A stretch of 64,000 nucleotides of DNA. Source: Acidobacteriota bacterium. Its GTDB lineage: Bacteria > Acidobacteriota > UBA6911 > RPQK01 > JAJDTT01. The translations under genes and the position numbers were made by a program. Positions 1-8,969 of this stretch are shown here, piece by piece; position 1 is the stretch's first letter; each line of letters opens with the position of its first letter. The DNA lies in NCBI GenBank assembly GCA_965263035.1, contig OZ253580.1, positions 3,968,001 through 4,032,000 of the forward strand. The letters run 5' to 3'. The notes under the pieces were generated by a model. The model did not search any database. It was not told the origin of the DNA and saw nothing but the letters and a program-made list of their open reading frames with translations.

Positions 1-872
1 CAGTGGTCATCTGATTTTTTCCTCAAGTCCGTCTCGCTGTCGTTTCAACAGCGCACGGCAGGTCATTTGCAGCATTTCCTGCACTAAAGGGCGCACCAAG
101 CCGTCGGGAAGGCTGGCGTCGCAGCGAAGGAAATCTATAAGCTCGGAGGACCGTCCAAGAACCTGCTCATCTCGAACAGGCGGGTCTCCGACCTGTGGAT
201 CGATCCATCGCGTGCCGACAACCGTCGGCGTTTCGCTGCTGTCGACCTGGTCGACGAGGATGACGTTCGCATCTTGCAGCGATACCTCGATGTCTTGCAC
301 TCGGGCCGTCCGAGTCCGGCGGTTAAACTGTAGTTTCAGCCTGAGATCGCCATAAAAAAAGTAGTGTTCCAAGGTTTCCCCGCCACCGCGTGATCCAGTC
401 CGACTTCCGCTGTGTCCGTCTCGGTCACCTCCCAAGAACCAGCCGGGACTTCCGCGCCAGAGGACGAGCACCTCCAGTTCTCCGTCACCCGCCTGCGAAT
501 GATTGGTGAGCAACGTGGCTACCACAGCGGGAGACACCGGCCGAGACCCGCCGGCTCCCGAAGGGGGACGGTCCCGTGCCTGGGCATGGAGGGAGGCTGA
601 CGCCAAGACGCCTAGCCTGCATTTCTCATCAGTAGAACAATAAACGGAAGTTGAACCGTCGTCTGGGTGATTCTTTATCCATACGAGTTCAAGAGGCAGT
701 TTTCGTGCTCGAACGTGCCGACCAACGGCCAGATGCAGCGCTTCTCCAGAGCCTTTTGACGCCCATCCTGCGCTTCTGAGCGACGACTCTCGACCCGGTG
801 CCCACTCCGGGGCGCAGTCCATCCTGGGGACTCCCAAGTCGCCATCGTCCAAAGAGTTCTTTCCATCCGTTG

Positions 873-2285
873 CTAACAGCGAAGCGGGAGGGCTTGCACT
901 TGCGTCAGAGCCGTCCTCAACAGCGCCGCATACGGATAGCTCTCGGAAAAGGACAACCAGACCTTGCGGCTGGTGATCCGGACCTGTGCCCCGATCTTCA
1001 GCAATCTCACCCGCAGGGTCCAGCTCTGCGCCCGCGCCAGCTTCGTCCCCGCCAGCCCCACCCGTCGCAACGTCTCCATCATCACGTAGGCGAATGCCGA
1101 GAAATACAACCGCAGTTGATTCCCCGCCAGCTTCCGGGTCGACGTGCGGTCCGCAAACAGACCCATCTGCTGTTCCTTTATCCGATTCTCCATGTCTCCC
1201 CGCGCGCAGTAGACCTCCTCGTACAATCTTCGCCCATCGCATTCCTGGACCGGGACCGAAGTCACGATGAATCGCGGGTTCTTTCCCCGGGGCAGGTGCT
1301 CCACCTTCGCCACCACCCGGCGCTCGCACGACCAACTCTTGTGCGTCTGATAGCGCAGTTCCTGGAACTGCCTCACGGCCTTCCCGATCGCCCGCTGCAA
1401 CTGCCGGACGGTCTCCATCCGGGTCGCGATCCTCCGCTTCAGCCGATCGTTCTGCGCCAACCCCAGGACGTAATCGATCCCTTCCTTCTCGCACCAGACC
1501 ATCAACTCGTCGTTGGAGAAGGCACTGTCCCCTCGAACCGTGATCCGCACCTGGGGCCACGCTTCACGCAGCCGCCTCACGATTGGTTCCAACTCCGCCA
1601 CCACCCCGTGGGCCGCGCCTCGATCCGCCGTGCGCAGCCGCGCACGCAACAGGTGTTCCCCACAGAAGACGTACAGCGGCAGGTAGCAGTAGCGTTTGTA
1701 ATAGCCGTGGAAGAACCGTCCCTCCTGCTTCCCATGCAGCGGATCGTCCGTGGCGTCTACATCCAGGATCACCTCCTCCGGGGGCTCCGGATGCGCTTCC
1801 ACAAACACCTCCAGCAGCAGCTCGTCCATCCCCGCCGGGTCGGCCACGATCTTCTTGTACGCGCCCTCCGGTCCCTCCAACGGAGTCCGCTCCAGTCGGT
1901 TCAGGGTGCTCTTGCCTGCCAGCGGCTTGCCTCGATCCGACTCCACGCGCCGGAACTCCCCCGTCAGATCATCTCGATCACACAACAGCGCCAAGAGCCG
2001 GTCCCGGCACAACTCGTCGTGGTCGTTGAGGTCCTCGTAGCCCAGGCACAGCCCCAGCACCCGCTGTTTGATCAACGCCTCCACCGGGTGTTCGACTCGA
2101 TCCGAGTCTCGATAGTCGGTGAAGCATTCGCTCAGACGACCCAGAATCCGGGTCCGCTGCTCCACTTCGCGCAGGAGCACGCCACCGGCGTCGGAGGTGA
2201 TCTCGCCGCCGTCGAACCGGCCCACGACATCCCGTCCGTCCAGGCCCTGAAATCTGAGCTTTATTCTGGTACACTCTGCGGTCAT
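873..2285 (-). CDS. IS1380-family DDE transposase
   Basis: Motifs FDGGEITSDAGG, GYEDLNDHDELC, ILDVDATDDPLHGKQEG, VRGDSAF, YCARGDMENRIKE. Confidence 0.93.
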   Translation of the reverse strand: MTAECTRIKLRFQGLDGRDVVGRFDGGEITSDAGGVLLREVEQRTRILGRLSECFTDYRDSDRVEHPVEALIKQRVLGLCLGYEDLNDHDELCRDRLLALLCDRDDLTGEFRRVESDRGKPLAGKSTLNRLERTPLEGPEGAYKKIVADPAGMDELLLEVFVEAHPEPPEEVILDVDATDDPLHGKQEGRFFHGYYKRYCYLPLYVFCGEHLLRARLRTADRGAAHGVVAELEPIVRRLREAWPQVRITVRGDSAFSNDELMVWCEKEGIDYVLGLAQNDRLKRRIATRMETVRQLQRAIGKAVRQFQELRYQTHKSWSCERRVVAKVEHLPRGKNPRFIVTSVPVQECDGRRLYEEVYCARGDMENRIKEQQMGLFADRTSTRKLAGNQLRLYFSAFAYVMMETLRRVGLAGTKLARAQSWTLRVRLLKIGAQVRITSRKVWLSFSESYPYAALLRTALTQVQALPLRC

Positions 2286-2308
2286 AAGGTCGCGTCCCTT
2301 CTGCTTTG

Positions 2309-2321
2309 TAAGTTATTGATT
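2309..2321 (-). promoter_or_regulatory. IHF-like binding site inside the IS1380 end
   Basis: Reverse complement AATCAATAACTTA matches the WATCAANNNNTTR consensus. Confidence 0.45.
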
Positions 2322-2729
2322 ACACAACACTTATAGCAGAAAACGCGGCCTTTATCAATCTTTCTGATGAGATATCCGGGCTAGCAAAAGGAAGCATTGC
2401 ACTTTTCGTGACATTGTGTTCCCCGGTCACGTTCAAATCAGCGGTTCGCCCAGGCAAGTGACCGGAACATAGTCAACGACTTTCGAACGCTGTGCCTCCG
2501 CGAGCTGAAGAAGATCGAGTAGGCGTGGCCGGGCCTGAATACCGGGCAAACACGCTCGCTTCCCGCCGAATTGAACGGAACAACGCCCTCGTTTCATCTT
2601 ACAAGTGGCTGTAAGCAAGTAGTTAACTACCTGCAACCGGCGCGCGCGGCACTGGGGAAACCGCCAAAGAGAAGAATCCCGGGCGGCGACGGAGGAGGAG
2701 ACGCGAACGGAGACACCCGAGGAGAGCTG

Positions 2730-3317
2730 ATGATCGAGCGGAACAAGATCGCACTTTGGCGTTGGAGGAGCAGCTGCCCGGCCCCTCGCGGAAGACTGGC
2801 CATTCCCACCGTCCTCTCGATGCTGCTGCCGGTGTCGGCCGCCACGGCGAGCGGCCAAGAACACGTGTCCGTTTCCGATCGCAGTCGCTTCATGTTGTAC
2901 AACGCCTGCCGTCCCATGGGAGTGTGGCGGGGTGAGTTCGGACTCTCCGCTTCTGATGAGAGCACCATCGAACTCACTCCGGAGCACATTCAGGCCGTTG
3001 CCGAAAGCCGCTTACAGGAGCAGTATCTCTACACGGCTTTGCCAAGCGAATCGAATCAGGCGCACCTGGGTTTCTCCGTCAATATTCAGGAAGTCTGCGC
3101 CGGAGAATCGTACGCATACGACATCTCACTGAAATACAATAAGCTGGTGACCGACGCGGCTACCGGCGTGGAGTACACGGCGACCACGTGGAGATCCGGA
3201 AGCAGCGGGTCCGGAGCGACAGATTCCGAATTCATCGTGGAAAGTTTCATAGAACTCCTCGATAGGTTCTTGGAGGAGTACCTGCGAGTGAACGGAGAGG
3301 ACTGCCACTGGCCCTGA
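2730..3317 (+). CDS. Hypothetical exported protein
   Basis: GGAG RBS before ATG; hydrophobic signal-like stretch; ends FLEEYLRVN..C. Confidence 0.65.
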   Translation: MIERNKIALWRWRSSCPAPRGRLAIPTVLSMLLPVSAATASGQEHVSVSDRSRFMLYNACRPMGVWRGEFGLSASDESTIELTPEHIQAVAESRLQEQYLYTALPSESNQAHLGFSVNIQEVCAGESYAYDISLKYNKLVTDAATGVEYTATTWRSGSSGSGATDSEFIVESFIELLDRFLEEYLRVNGEDCHWP

Positions 3318-3365
3318 GCTACAGGAGATCAAGGAGTCGTGGCCCGGATCGCCGCCGTCGACTAG

Positions 3366-3524
3366 GAGCCTGCGCCGCAGAAATTGATCTACTGCGAAAG
3401 CGGTAGAATCGGTCCATATTTCCCCGATTTCTCGGCGAATAGAACGACTATGCACCTCCAAATCGAGAAAATCTGGCCTCGATTCCCCACTTTCTCGCTA
3501 CGATCATTTCTACCGCGCAGACTC
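3366..3524. mobile_element. MITE A (159 bp, non-coding)
   Basis: Terminal IRs GAGCCTGCGCCGCAGAAAT and GAGTCTGCGCGGTAGAAAT (16/19), imperfectly extending about 65 bp; CTAG duplicated at 3362-3365 and 3525-3528. Confidence 0.75.
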
Positions 3525-4049
3525 CTAGATAAAAATATCCTCGTCCGTGGTGTAGTCGTCCGCCGGCCGCCCATCCCGCCCGAACCATCGCTCCACGATC
3601 GACCGGCCCGCCTGAATCAGAGCTGAAATCTGCTGCGTCGGCACCATGATGCTGCGGTGGATGCGATAGGTTTCCGTCGAGATCCGGTTCAGGGCCCTGT
3701 TCATTTGGGAGGCCGCTTCCTGGGCGCCTGCCCGCAACGTATCCAGGCTCCGGGCGGTCTTCTCCTCGATCTCCCGGACCGAGTCGCGCACGCTGTCCGA
3801 ATGTCCGGAGGCCTCACGGGCCCAGCCGGACACCATCTTCAGGACGGGGATCATGTCCTCCAATCTGTCGTCGGCCTGTCTGACTGCTTGCCGAAACCGC
3901 TGGGACGTCCGGGTCAGTTCCTGGCACAATGAGCCGAGACCGCGCAGAGTGGAGGTCAGCAGGAAGGTGGTGAAGAGAGTCTGCACGATGACCAGAATCG
4001 TCATGATGACGACACCGATCACCACCGGTTGGGAGAGTTCGGATCCCAT
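3525..4049 (-). CDS. Hypothetical membrane-anchored coiled-coil protein
   Basis: N-terminal transmembrane helix followed by a helical region. Confidence 0.7.
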   Translation of the reverse strand: MGSELSQPVVIGVVIMTILVIVQTLFTTFLLTSTLRGLGSLCQELTRTSQRFRQAVRQADDRLEDMIPVLKMVSGWAREASGHSDSVRDSVREIEEKTARSLDTLRAGAQEAASQMNRALNRISTETYRIHRSIMVPTQQISALIQAGRSIVERWFGRDGRPADDYTTDEDIFI

Positions 4050-4144
4050 GCCGGGAAGAAACGTATCACATTCCCCCGGGTGCGGGAAGAAGTGTCTGAG
4101 GGCTCTTCACCCTGACGCTACCCGTGATTGAAGGCCGGGCCAGG

Positions 4145-5173
4145 ATGGAGCCGAATCGTCGCGCTCAGCTCACGCACAAGATCAAGAAGAGAGCCCGCCA
4201 ACTGGGATTTCATGGCGTAGGCGTCTCACCGGCGGACCCGGGACCCGATGACAAGCTGCGTGTCTGGCTGGAACTCGGATTCCAGGGTTCCATGGACTAT
4301 CTGGAGCGCCAGGCCGGGAAGAGGCTCGATCCGGGGAAGGTGTTGCCGGGCGTCCGGTCCATGATCTGCCTCGCCTTGGCCTACCCGCATTCCCAGCCGT
4401 TGCCCTACGACGATCCCAACCGGGGAGTCATCTCCAGGTATGCATCGGGGGACGACTACCACTCGGTCATGGGATCCCTCATGGCGCGGCTCCTGGAGTC
4501 GATCCGGGAGGAACTGCCGGGCGTCGGGGGCAGGTCCTACGTCGACAGCGGTCCGGTGATGGACAAGTACTGGGCGTCCCGGGCGGGAATCGGGTGGCTG
4601 GGGAAGCACACCAATATCCTGGACCGGAAGCTGGGATCCTGGTTTTTCCTGGGCGAGATACTGGTGGACGTAGAGTTGGACTATGGCGAACCGGCCCTGG
4701 ACCACTGCGGCTCCTGCACCCGCTGCATCGATGCCTGTCCCACGGACGCCATCGTCGAACCCTACCTGCTGGACAGCCGCCGCTGCATCTCCTATCTGAC
4801 CATCGAGCTGAAGGAGGACATTCCCGAGGATCTGCGAGAGCCTCTGGGCAACCTGGTCTTCGGTTGCGACATCTGCCAGGACGTCTGTCCCTGGAACCAT
4901 CCGGTTCCCGATTCCTCCGTCCTTGAACTGGAGCCTCGTCGCGTCAACCGGTCGCCCGAACTCTGGGAGCTGGCCCAGTTGTCGCCGGACGAGTTCCGCG
5001 AGAGGTTCAGCGGCAGTCCCGTCAAGCGGGCCAAGTGGCGCGGTTTCGTCCGCAACGTCGCCGTGGCCATGGGCAACTCCGGCAACCCCGGTCTGCAGCC
5101 GGAGTTGACGAGTCTCCTGGACTCGGAGGATCCCATGGTCAGGCGCCACGCGGGTTGGGCGCTGAAACAGTAG
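4145..5173 (+). CDS. queG: tRNA epoxyqueuosine(34) reductase; HEAT repeat appears cut by TAG, frame stays open to 5296
   Basis: ISRYASGDDYH, VDSGPVMDK, CGSCTRCIDACPT, CISYLTIE, FGCDICQDVCPWN. Confidence 0.93.
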   Translation: MEPNRRAQLTHKIKKRARQLGFHGVGVSPADPGPDDKLRVWLELGFQGSMDYLERQAGKRLDPGKVLPGVRSMICLALAYPHSQPLPYDDPNRGVISRYASGDDYHSVMGSLMARLLESIREELPGVGGRSYVDSGPVMDKYWASRAGIGWLGKHTNILDRKLGSWFFLGEILVDVELDYGEPALDHCGSCTRCIDACPTDAIVEPYLLDSRRCISYLTIELKEDIPEDLREPLGNLVFGCDICQDVCPWNHPVPDSSVLELEPRRVNRSPELWELAQLSPDEFRERFSGSPVKRAKWRGFVRNVAVAMGNSGNPGLQPELTSLLDSEDPMVRRHAGWALKQ

Positions 5174-5288
5174 GGCACGCGGGAGGCGCTGGACGCCGTC
5201 CGCAGGCGTTGCTCCCGGGAGTCGGATTCTGAGACGAGAGCGACGCTGCGCGAACTGCTCGACGACGAGGCGGCCGATCCGGCGGGGG

Positions 5289-5759
5289 TCAGTTGATCCG
5301 GGTCGAGGAATGCTGCCCGACTCCGGCTGCGGCGGCGATTGGCGCCATCCTGCGCTCCAGATCCGCCAGTTTCTGCCGGTTCGCCTCCAGCGTCTTGGGC
5401 TGGACGACCTGGCCGATGAACTCGACGTGCATGGTCCAGGCTTGTTCCACTTGGCCGGTGTCCGGATTCCGGTACCAGCCCGCCTCCCAGGTACGCTTGT
5501 TGTTCAGTTCCCAGGAGATGATCTGACCCGGCTGGTAGCTGTACCGAGTCGGAACCACATCCAATTCCAGGATCTGGTCGTCGGGATCCAAAGGCAGCAG
5601 CACGGCGATGCGGGCATCGGGAATCTGGTTGCGGCACTCCGGGTCGGAGAACCCGGGCAGGTCCGTGTAAAGGACCCGATAGGGCACGATCGGCATCTGG
5701 TCTGTTTCTTCGGGACGAGCACCCAACTGGGCTGTAGACTCGCTTGTTTCTTCGGACAT
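5289..5759 (-). CDS. Hypothetical protein
   Basis: GGAGG RBS upstream of ATG; typical codon usage. Confidence 0.7.
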   Translation of the reverse strand: MSEETSESTAQLGARPEETDQMPIVPYRVLYTDLPGFSDPECRNQIPDARIAVLLPLDPDDQILELDVVPTRYSYQPGQIISWELNNKRTWEAGWYRNPDTGQVEQAWTMHVEFIGQVVQPKTLEANRQKLADLERRMAPIAAAAGVGQHSSTRIN

Positions 5760-6165
5760 TTCAGGAACCTCCCAGGCCGGCTTTCTCCGCACGGGCGTGA
5801 ACGCGGCGTTCGGATCTGACGTGAGAGCCGCCGGCCAAATTGGAGGGGAATGATAGCAGAGGAGAACGAGAAAAGAGAAAAGAGGAAAGCTCCCTCACCG
5901 GCTGGGCTCCGGAGGATTCATGGAAGAAACAAGCCTTCGAACCAATCTGGCTCCAGAATCCTTAACCAGATCGTTTTCGGTAGAGGTGCCCGCTACGCGT
6001 GAACTACACGCCTTTCTTCACTCTTTGCTCTTTCCTCTGTTTCTCAGAAGAGTGTGGGGGAGCGGGTTGGTCACATGGAGGTGAGAGAGTTGCCCCCGGT
6101 TTGGCCAGTGAGTGTGTCGCCGGTCATTGTTGCAACTGGATCGTTCGAGAACGGATCTTGACGGC

Positions 6166-6717
6166 ATGAGCAGTTTCGTCGCCATCGATTTCGAGACCGC
6201 CAATGACAGCCGGGACAGTGCGTGCTCGGTGGGCCTCGTCGTGGGCCGCGAGGGCAAGATCGAGGTTTCGCGGACGTTTCTGATTCGGCCGCCGGCGCCG
6301 GAGTTCAGTTTCACCTGGGTCCACGGACTGGACTGGGAGGACGTTCGCGGTGCGCCCACCTTCGGCGAACTCTGGCCGACACTGAGTCCTTGGATCAAGA
6401 GTGCGGAGTTCGTCGCTGCTCACAACGCGCCGTTCGACAGAAGCGTCCTCAGCGCCTGTTGCGCCACCTATGGCGTCGCGGCTCCCCGAAAGCCCTTCGT
6501 CTGTACGGTGCAGTTGGCGCGGTCGCAATGGGGGATCTTCCCGACGACGCTGCCCCATGTCTGCCGGCGGCTCCGCATCCCCCTGAATCATCACGAATCG
6601 GGATCGGACGCGGAAGCGTGCGCACGCATCGTCCTTGCCGCCGAGGCGGCGGGATGGAGTCGTTTGCGACCCGGTCGCCGTCGGAAACGATTTTCCGGGT
6701 CGCATCGAGGCCGGTGA
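6166..6717 (+). CDS. DEDDh 3'-5' exonuclease (DNA polymerase III epsilon-like)
   Basis: FVAIDFETAN, AHNAPFD, HHESGSDAEACA. Confidence 0.9.
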   Translation: MSSFVAIDFETANDSRDSACSVGLVVGREGKIEVSRTFLIRPPAPEFSFTWVHGLDWEDVRGAPTFGELWPTLSPWIKSAEFVAAHNAPFDRSVLSACCATYGVAAPRKPFVCTVQLARSQWGIFPTTLPHVCRRLRIPLNHHESGSDAEACARIVLAAEAAGWSRLRPGRRRKRFSGSHRGR

Positions 6718-6927
6718 GGAGAACAATAATCCTTGGAAATATGCAGGTGACTTGCCGATTTTCAAGGATTATGGGGCTTCGTCATGCTGCTGGAACAGGA
6801 CTCCAGTTTCAGCACTTGGCTTCGACTGTCATTTAGGCACCTTCAACCGGAGGGACTTCAGCGGTGTCCATTAGCATTTCGGGATTGCGCTGCTATCGCC
6901 GCAACAAGCCCTGAGAAGAATTTTGGC

Positions 6928-7179
6928 ATGAAGAAGAAAGTCAGCGTCTATCCGTTGCGTTTGCCGGCGTCCTTGAAGGCGGCCGTCGCCGAGATAAGCA
7001 GAGAAGAGGGCACGAGCATCAATCAGTTCGTGGCCATGGCTGTCGCCGAAAAGATCTCCGCCATGAAAATCGCCGAATTCTTCACTGCCCGAGGTGCCGA
7101 AGCCGATATCGAGGCGGCACGCCGCCTGCTTCGGCGAGACGGGGGCCAGCCACCGATGCCCGATGATCGCCTGTCATGA
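6928..7179 (+). CDS. RHH/HicB-like antitoxin
   Basis: YPLRLPASLKAAV...EGTSINQFVAMAVAEKISA. Confidence 0.8.
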   Translation: MKKKVSVYPLRLPASLKAAVAEISREEGTSINQFVAMAVAEKISAMKIAEFFTARGAEADIEAARRLLRRDGGQPPMPDDRLS

Positions 7180-7441
7180 ATTTGCCGTGGTTGGGGTGGT
7201 CAAGGACGCATGCGAATATGGCTCGGTGGACACGGGGCCTGAATCGATTGTCGCGGATAAGAGCTGAGCGCGTCTTTTTCGACAAGAATGTTCTGGAGGC
7301 GGCTGCATTACGGTCGTAAGGCGTGCCGCCAAAGGGCTTTGGTGGTGAACTCCCAGTCACCGCCCGTGCTTGGATGCAGGCTTGGTCGACAGACCGGCGG
7401 TCGCTCTCAGGATCTTCTCCGTCACGACCGATCAAAAACGC

Positions 7442-8782
7442 TCATGTCAGCCGGCCGAATCCCTGTTCCGGCAAGGGACCTTTCAGCCTCGACTCCAAGT
7501 CGTCCTTCCGGAGGGCTTGTTTCAGGACGGCCAGGACCTCGTCCAGGGCTGCCAAATAACCGTCGATGACCTCGTCGGTGTGGGCCAGGGAGACGGTGAA
7601 CGCTCCCGTGGACAGGTAGCCTCGGTCCAGCATTTCCTGGGCCATCAGCGCCTGCAGCGCCAAGTTCTTGTCACCGTGCCCGAAGGCCATGTGCGACATG
7701 GGGTATTGGCCATGGGGCTTCATGGCGATTCCGTGCCGCCGGGCCAACTCCCGCCAACCGTCGTGGACCTTGGCGCCGATTCTCATGGTGTGCTCCGACA
7801 GGCGGACCCGCTCCATCTTGCGGATGGCGGCGAGGGCGGCGGTCGGTCCCACGGCGTCGGTCCAGTAGGTGCTGCTGATGAAGGAGCTCTGAGCCGCCTC
7901 CATCACCTCCTGCCGCCCGATCACGGCGCCCATGGGATAGCCGTTGGAGGTGGACTTGGAATAGGCGGCCAGGTCCGGCTCCACGTCCAGCGTCAGATGG
8001 GCGCCACCCAGGCAGAACCTCCAACCGGCGCTGATCTCGTCGATGATCATGACCGCGCCGATCTGGTCCGCCAGCTCGCGGATCCGGTGGAGAAAGCCGT
8101 CCCGGGGAGGATGATCCCGCAGCGGTTCCGTGATGATGGCGGCCAGTTCGCCGCCCGTCCGGTCGATGATGGCCTCCAACTCGTCGATCCGGTTGTAGTG
8201 GAAGGGCAGGGCGGTTCCCGCCAGGGAGCGGGGCACTCCGGTCGGGTTCAGCCCCGGCATGAGAAGGCCGTCCAGGGCGTCGTGGTCGCCCAGGTTGGCC
8301 GCCAGGTACCAGTCGCTCCAGCCGTGGTAGCCGCAGAAGGCCACCTTCTCCCGCCCCGTGGCGGCGCGGGCGATACGGACGGCGACGGTCATGGTCTCGC
8401 CCCCGGCGCGGGCGTAACGCACCATGTCGGCCCAGGGGTGGAGTTGGCAGAACAACTCCGCCAGCTCCACCTCGGCGGGGGAGTTGAGAGTGGAAATGTT
8501 TCCCCGGTCGATGGCGCCCCGAACGGCCGCGTTCACGTCCGGGTCCGCGTATCCCAGGAGGCAGGCCCCCACGCAGTGGATGGTGGTGTCGTAGAAGTGC
8601 CGCCCGTCCAGGTCCCAGATCTCGCACCCGCGAGCCTTGCTGAAATAGGCTGGCCACTGCCGGGGCAGAAACCGTTCGGGCCGCTTGGAGAGCAGTTGAA
8701 CTCCTCCCGGGATGATGTTCTTGGCTTTTCGATACAGCCGTGCGCCCGTGGTTTCGGTCCAATCCACGCCGGAGTAATCCAT
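7442..8782 (-). CDS. Class III PLP aminotransferase (glutamate-1-semialdehyde aminomutase-like)
   Basis: IPGGVQLLSKR, FCGYHGWSDW, IIDEISAGWR, YSKSTSNGYPMGA. Confidence 0.88.
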   Translation of the reverse strand: MDYSGVDWTETTGARLYRKAKNIIPGGVQLLSKRPERFLPRQWPAYFSKARGCEIWDLDGRHFYDTTIHCVGACLLGYADPDVNAAVRGAIDRGNISTLNSPAEVELAELFCQLHPWADMVRYARAGGETMTVAVRIARAATGREKVAFCGYHGWSDWYLAANLGDHDALDGLLMPGLNPTGVPRSLAGTALPFHYNRIDELEAIIDRTGGELAAIITEPLRDHPPRDGFLHRIRELADQIGAVMIIDEISAGWRFCLGGAHLTLDVEPDLAAYSKSTSNGYPMGAVIGRQEVMEAAQSSFISSTYWTDAVGPTAALAAIRKMERVRLSEHTMRIGAKVHDGWRELARRHGIAMKPHGQYPMSHMAFGHGDKNLALQALMAQEMLDRGYLSTGAFTVSLAHTDEVIDGYLAALDEVLAVLKQALRKDDLESRLKGPLPEQGFGRLT

Positions 8783-8953
8783 GATGTTTGCCTCGACTTT
8801 CCGTTTTCGTGCGCCAGGCAGGCGCCTGCGACTTCCTGTGATAGGCAAACGTTAGAACCGTCTCCCGGACAAAGTCAACCGCCCCCACCGGGGTTGGAGG
8901 AGCCGGTTCCCAATCTGCGGATTGACGGTGCCCCGGGGATACCCGATTCCGGT

Positions 8954-8962
8954 TGATATAAT
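8954..8962 (+). promoter_or_regulatory. Extended -10 promoter (TGnTATAAT)
   Basis: TGATATAAT ends 7 nt before the GTG at 8970. Confidence 0.55.
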
Positions 8963-8969
8963 CCGCAGG

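Larger units (their letters stand above)
616..2380 (-). mobile_element. IS1380-family insertion sequence, complete
   Basis: Terminal IRs CCTGCATTTCTCATCAG (616) and CCCGGATATCTCATCAG (reverse complement from 2380), 14/17 identical; CTAG direct repeats at 612-615 and 2381-2384. Confidence 0.92.
7..2414 (-). pseudogene. Secreted hypothetical protein interrupted by IS1380 (5' part 2385-2414, 3' part 7-615)
   Basis: Removing the IS and one CTAG copy restores MSRKVQCFLL-LGVLASASLHAQ..., an in-frame signal peptide continuing to the stop at 7. Confidence 0.8.

Noticed and set aside
7-1560. 517-aa ORF on the minus strand
   Set aside because: Chimera of an off-frame IS1380 reading and the interrupted gene
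798-2336. 512-aa ORF antisense to the transposase
   Set aside because: Shadow ORF typical of high-GC DNA, with no motifs; many other long antisense ORFs (e.g. 7370-8956, 15763-17517, 30915-32894, 57259-59229) were rejected for the same reason
5171-5173. Genome-wide TAG reassignment
   Set aside because: Many other genes end at TAG at their expected C-termini (e.g. 43584, 54845, 59322)
5800-7440. Integron cassette array
   Set aside because: No integrase and no attC-type RYYYAAC...GTTRRRY sites recognised
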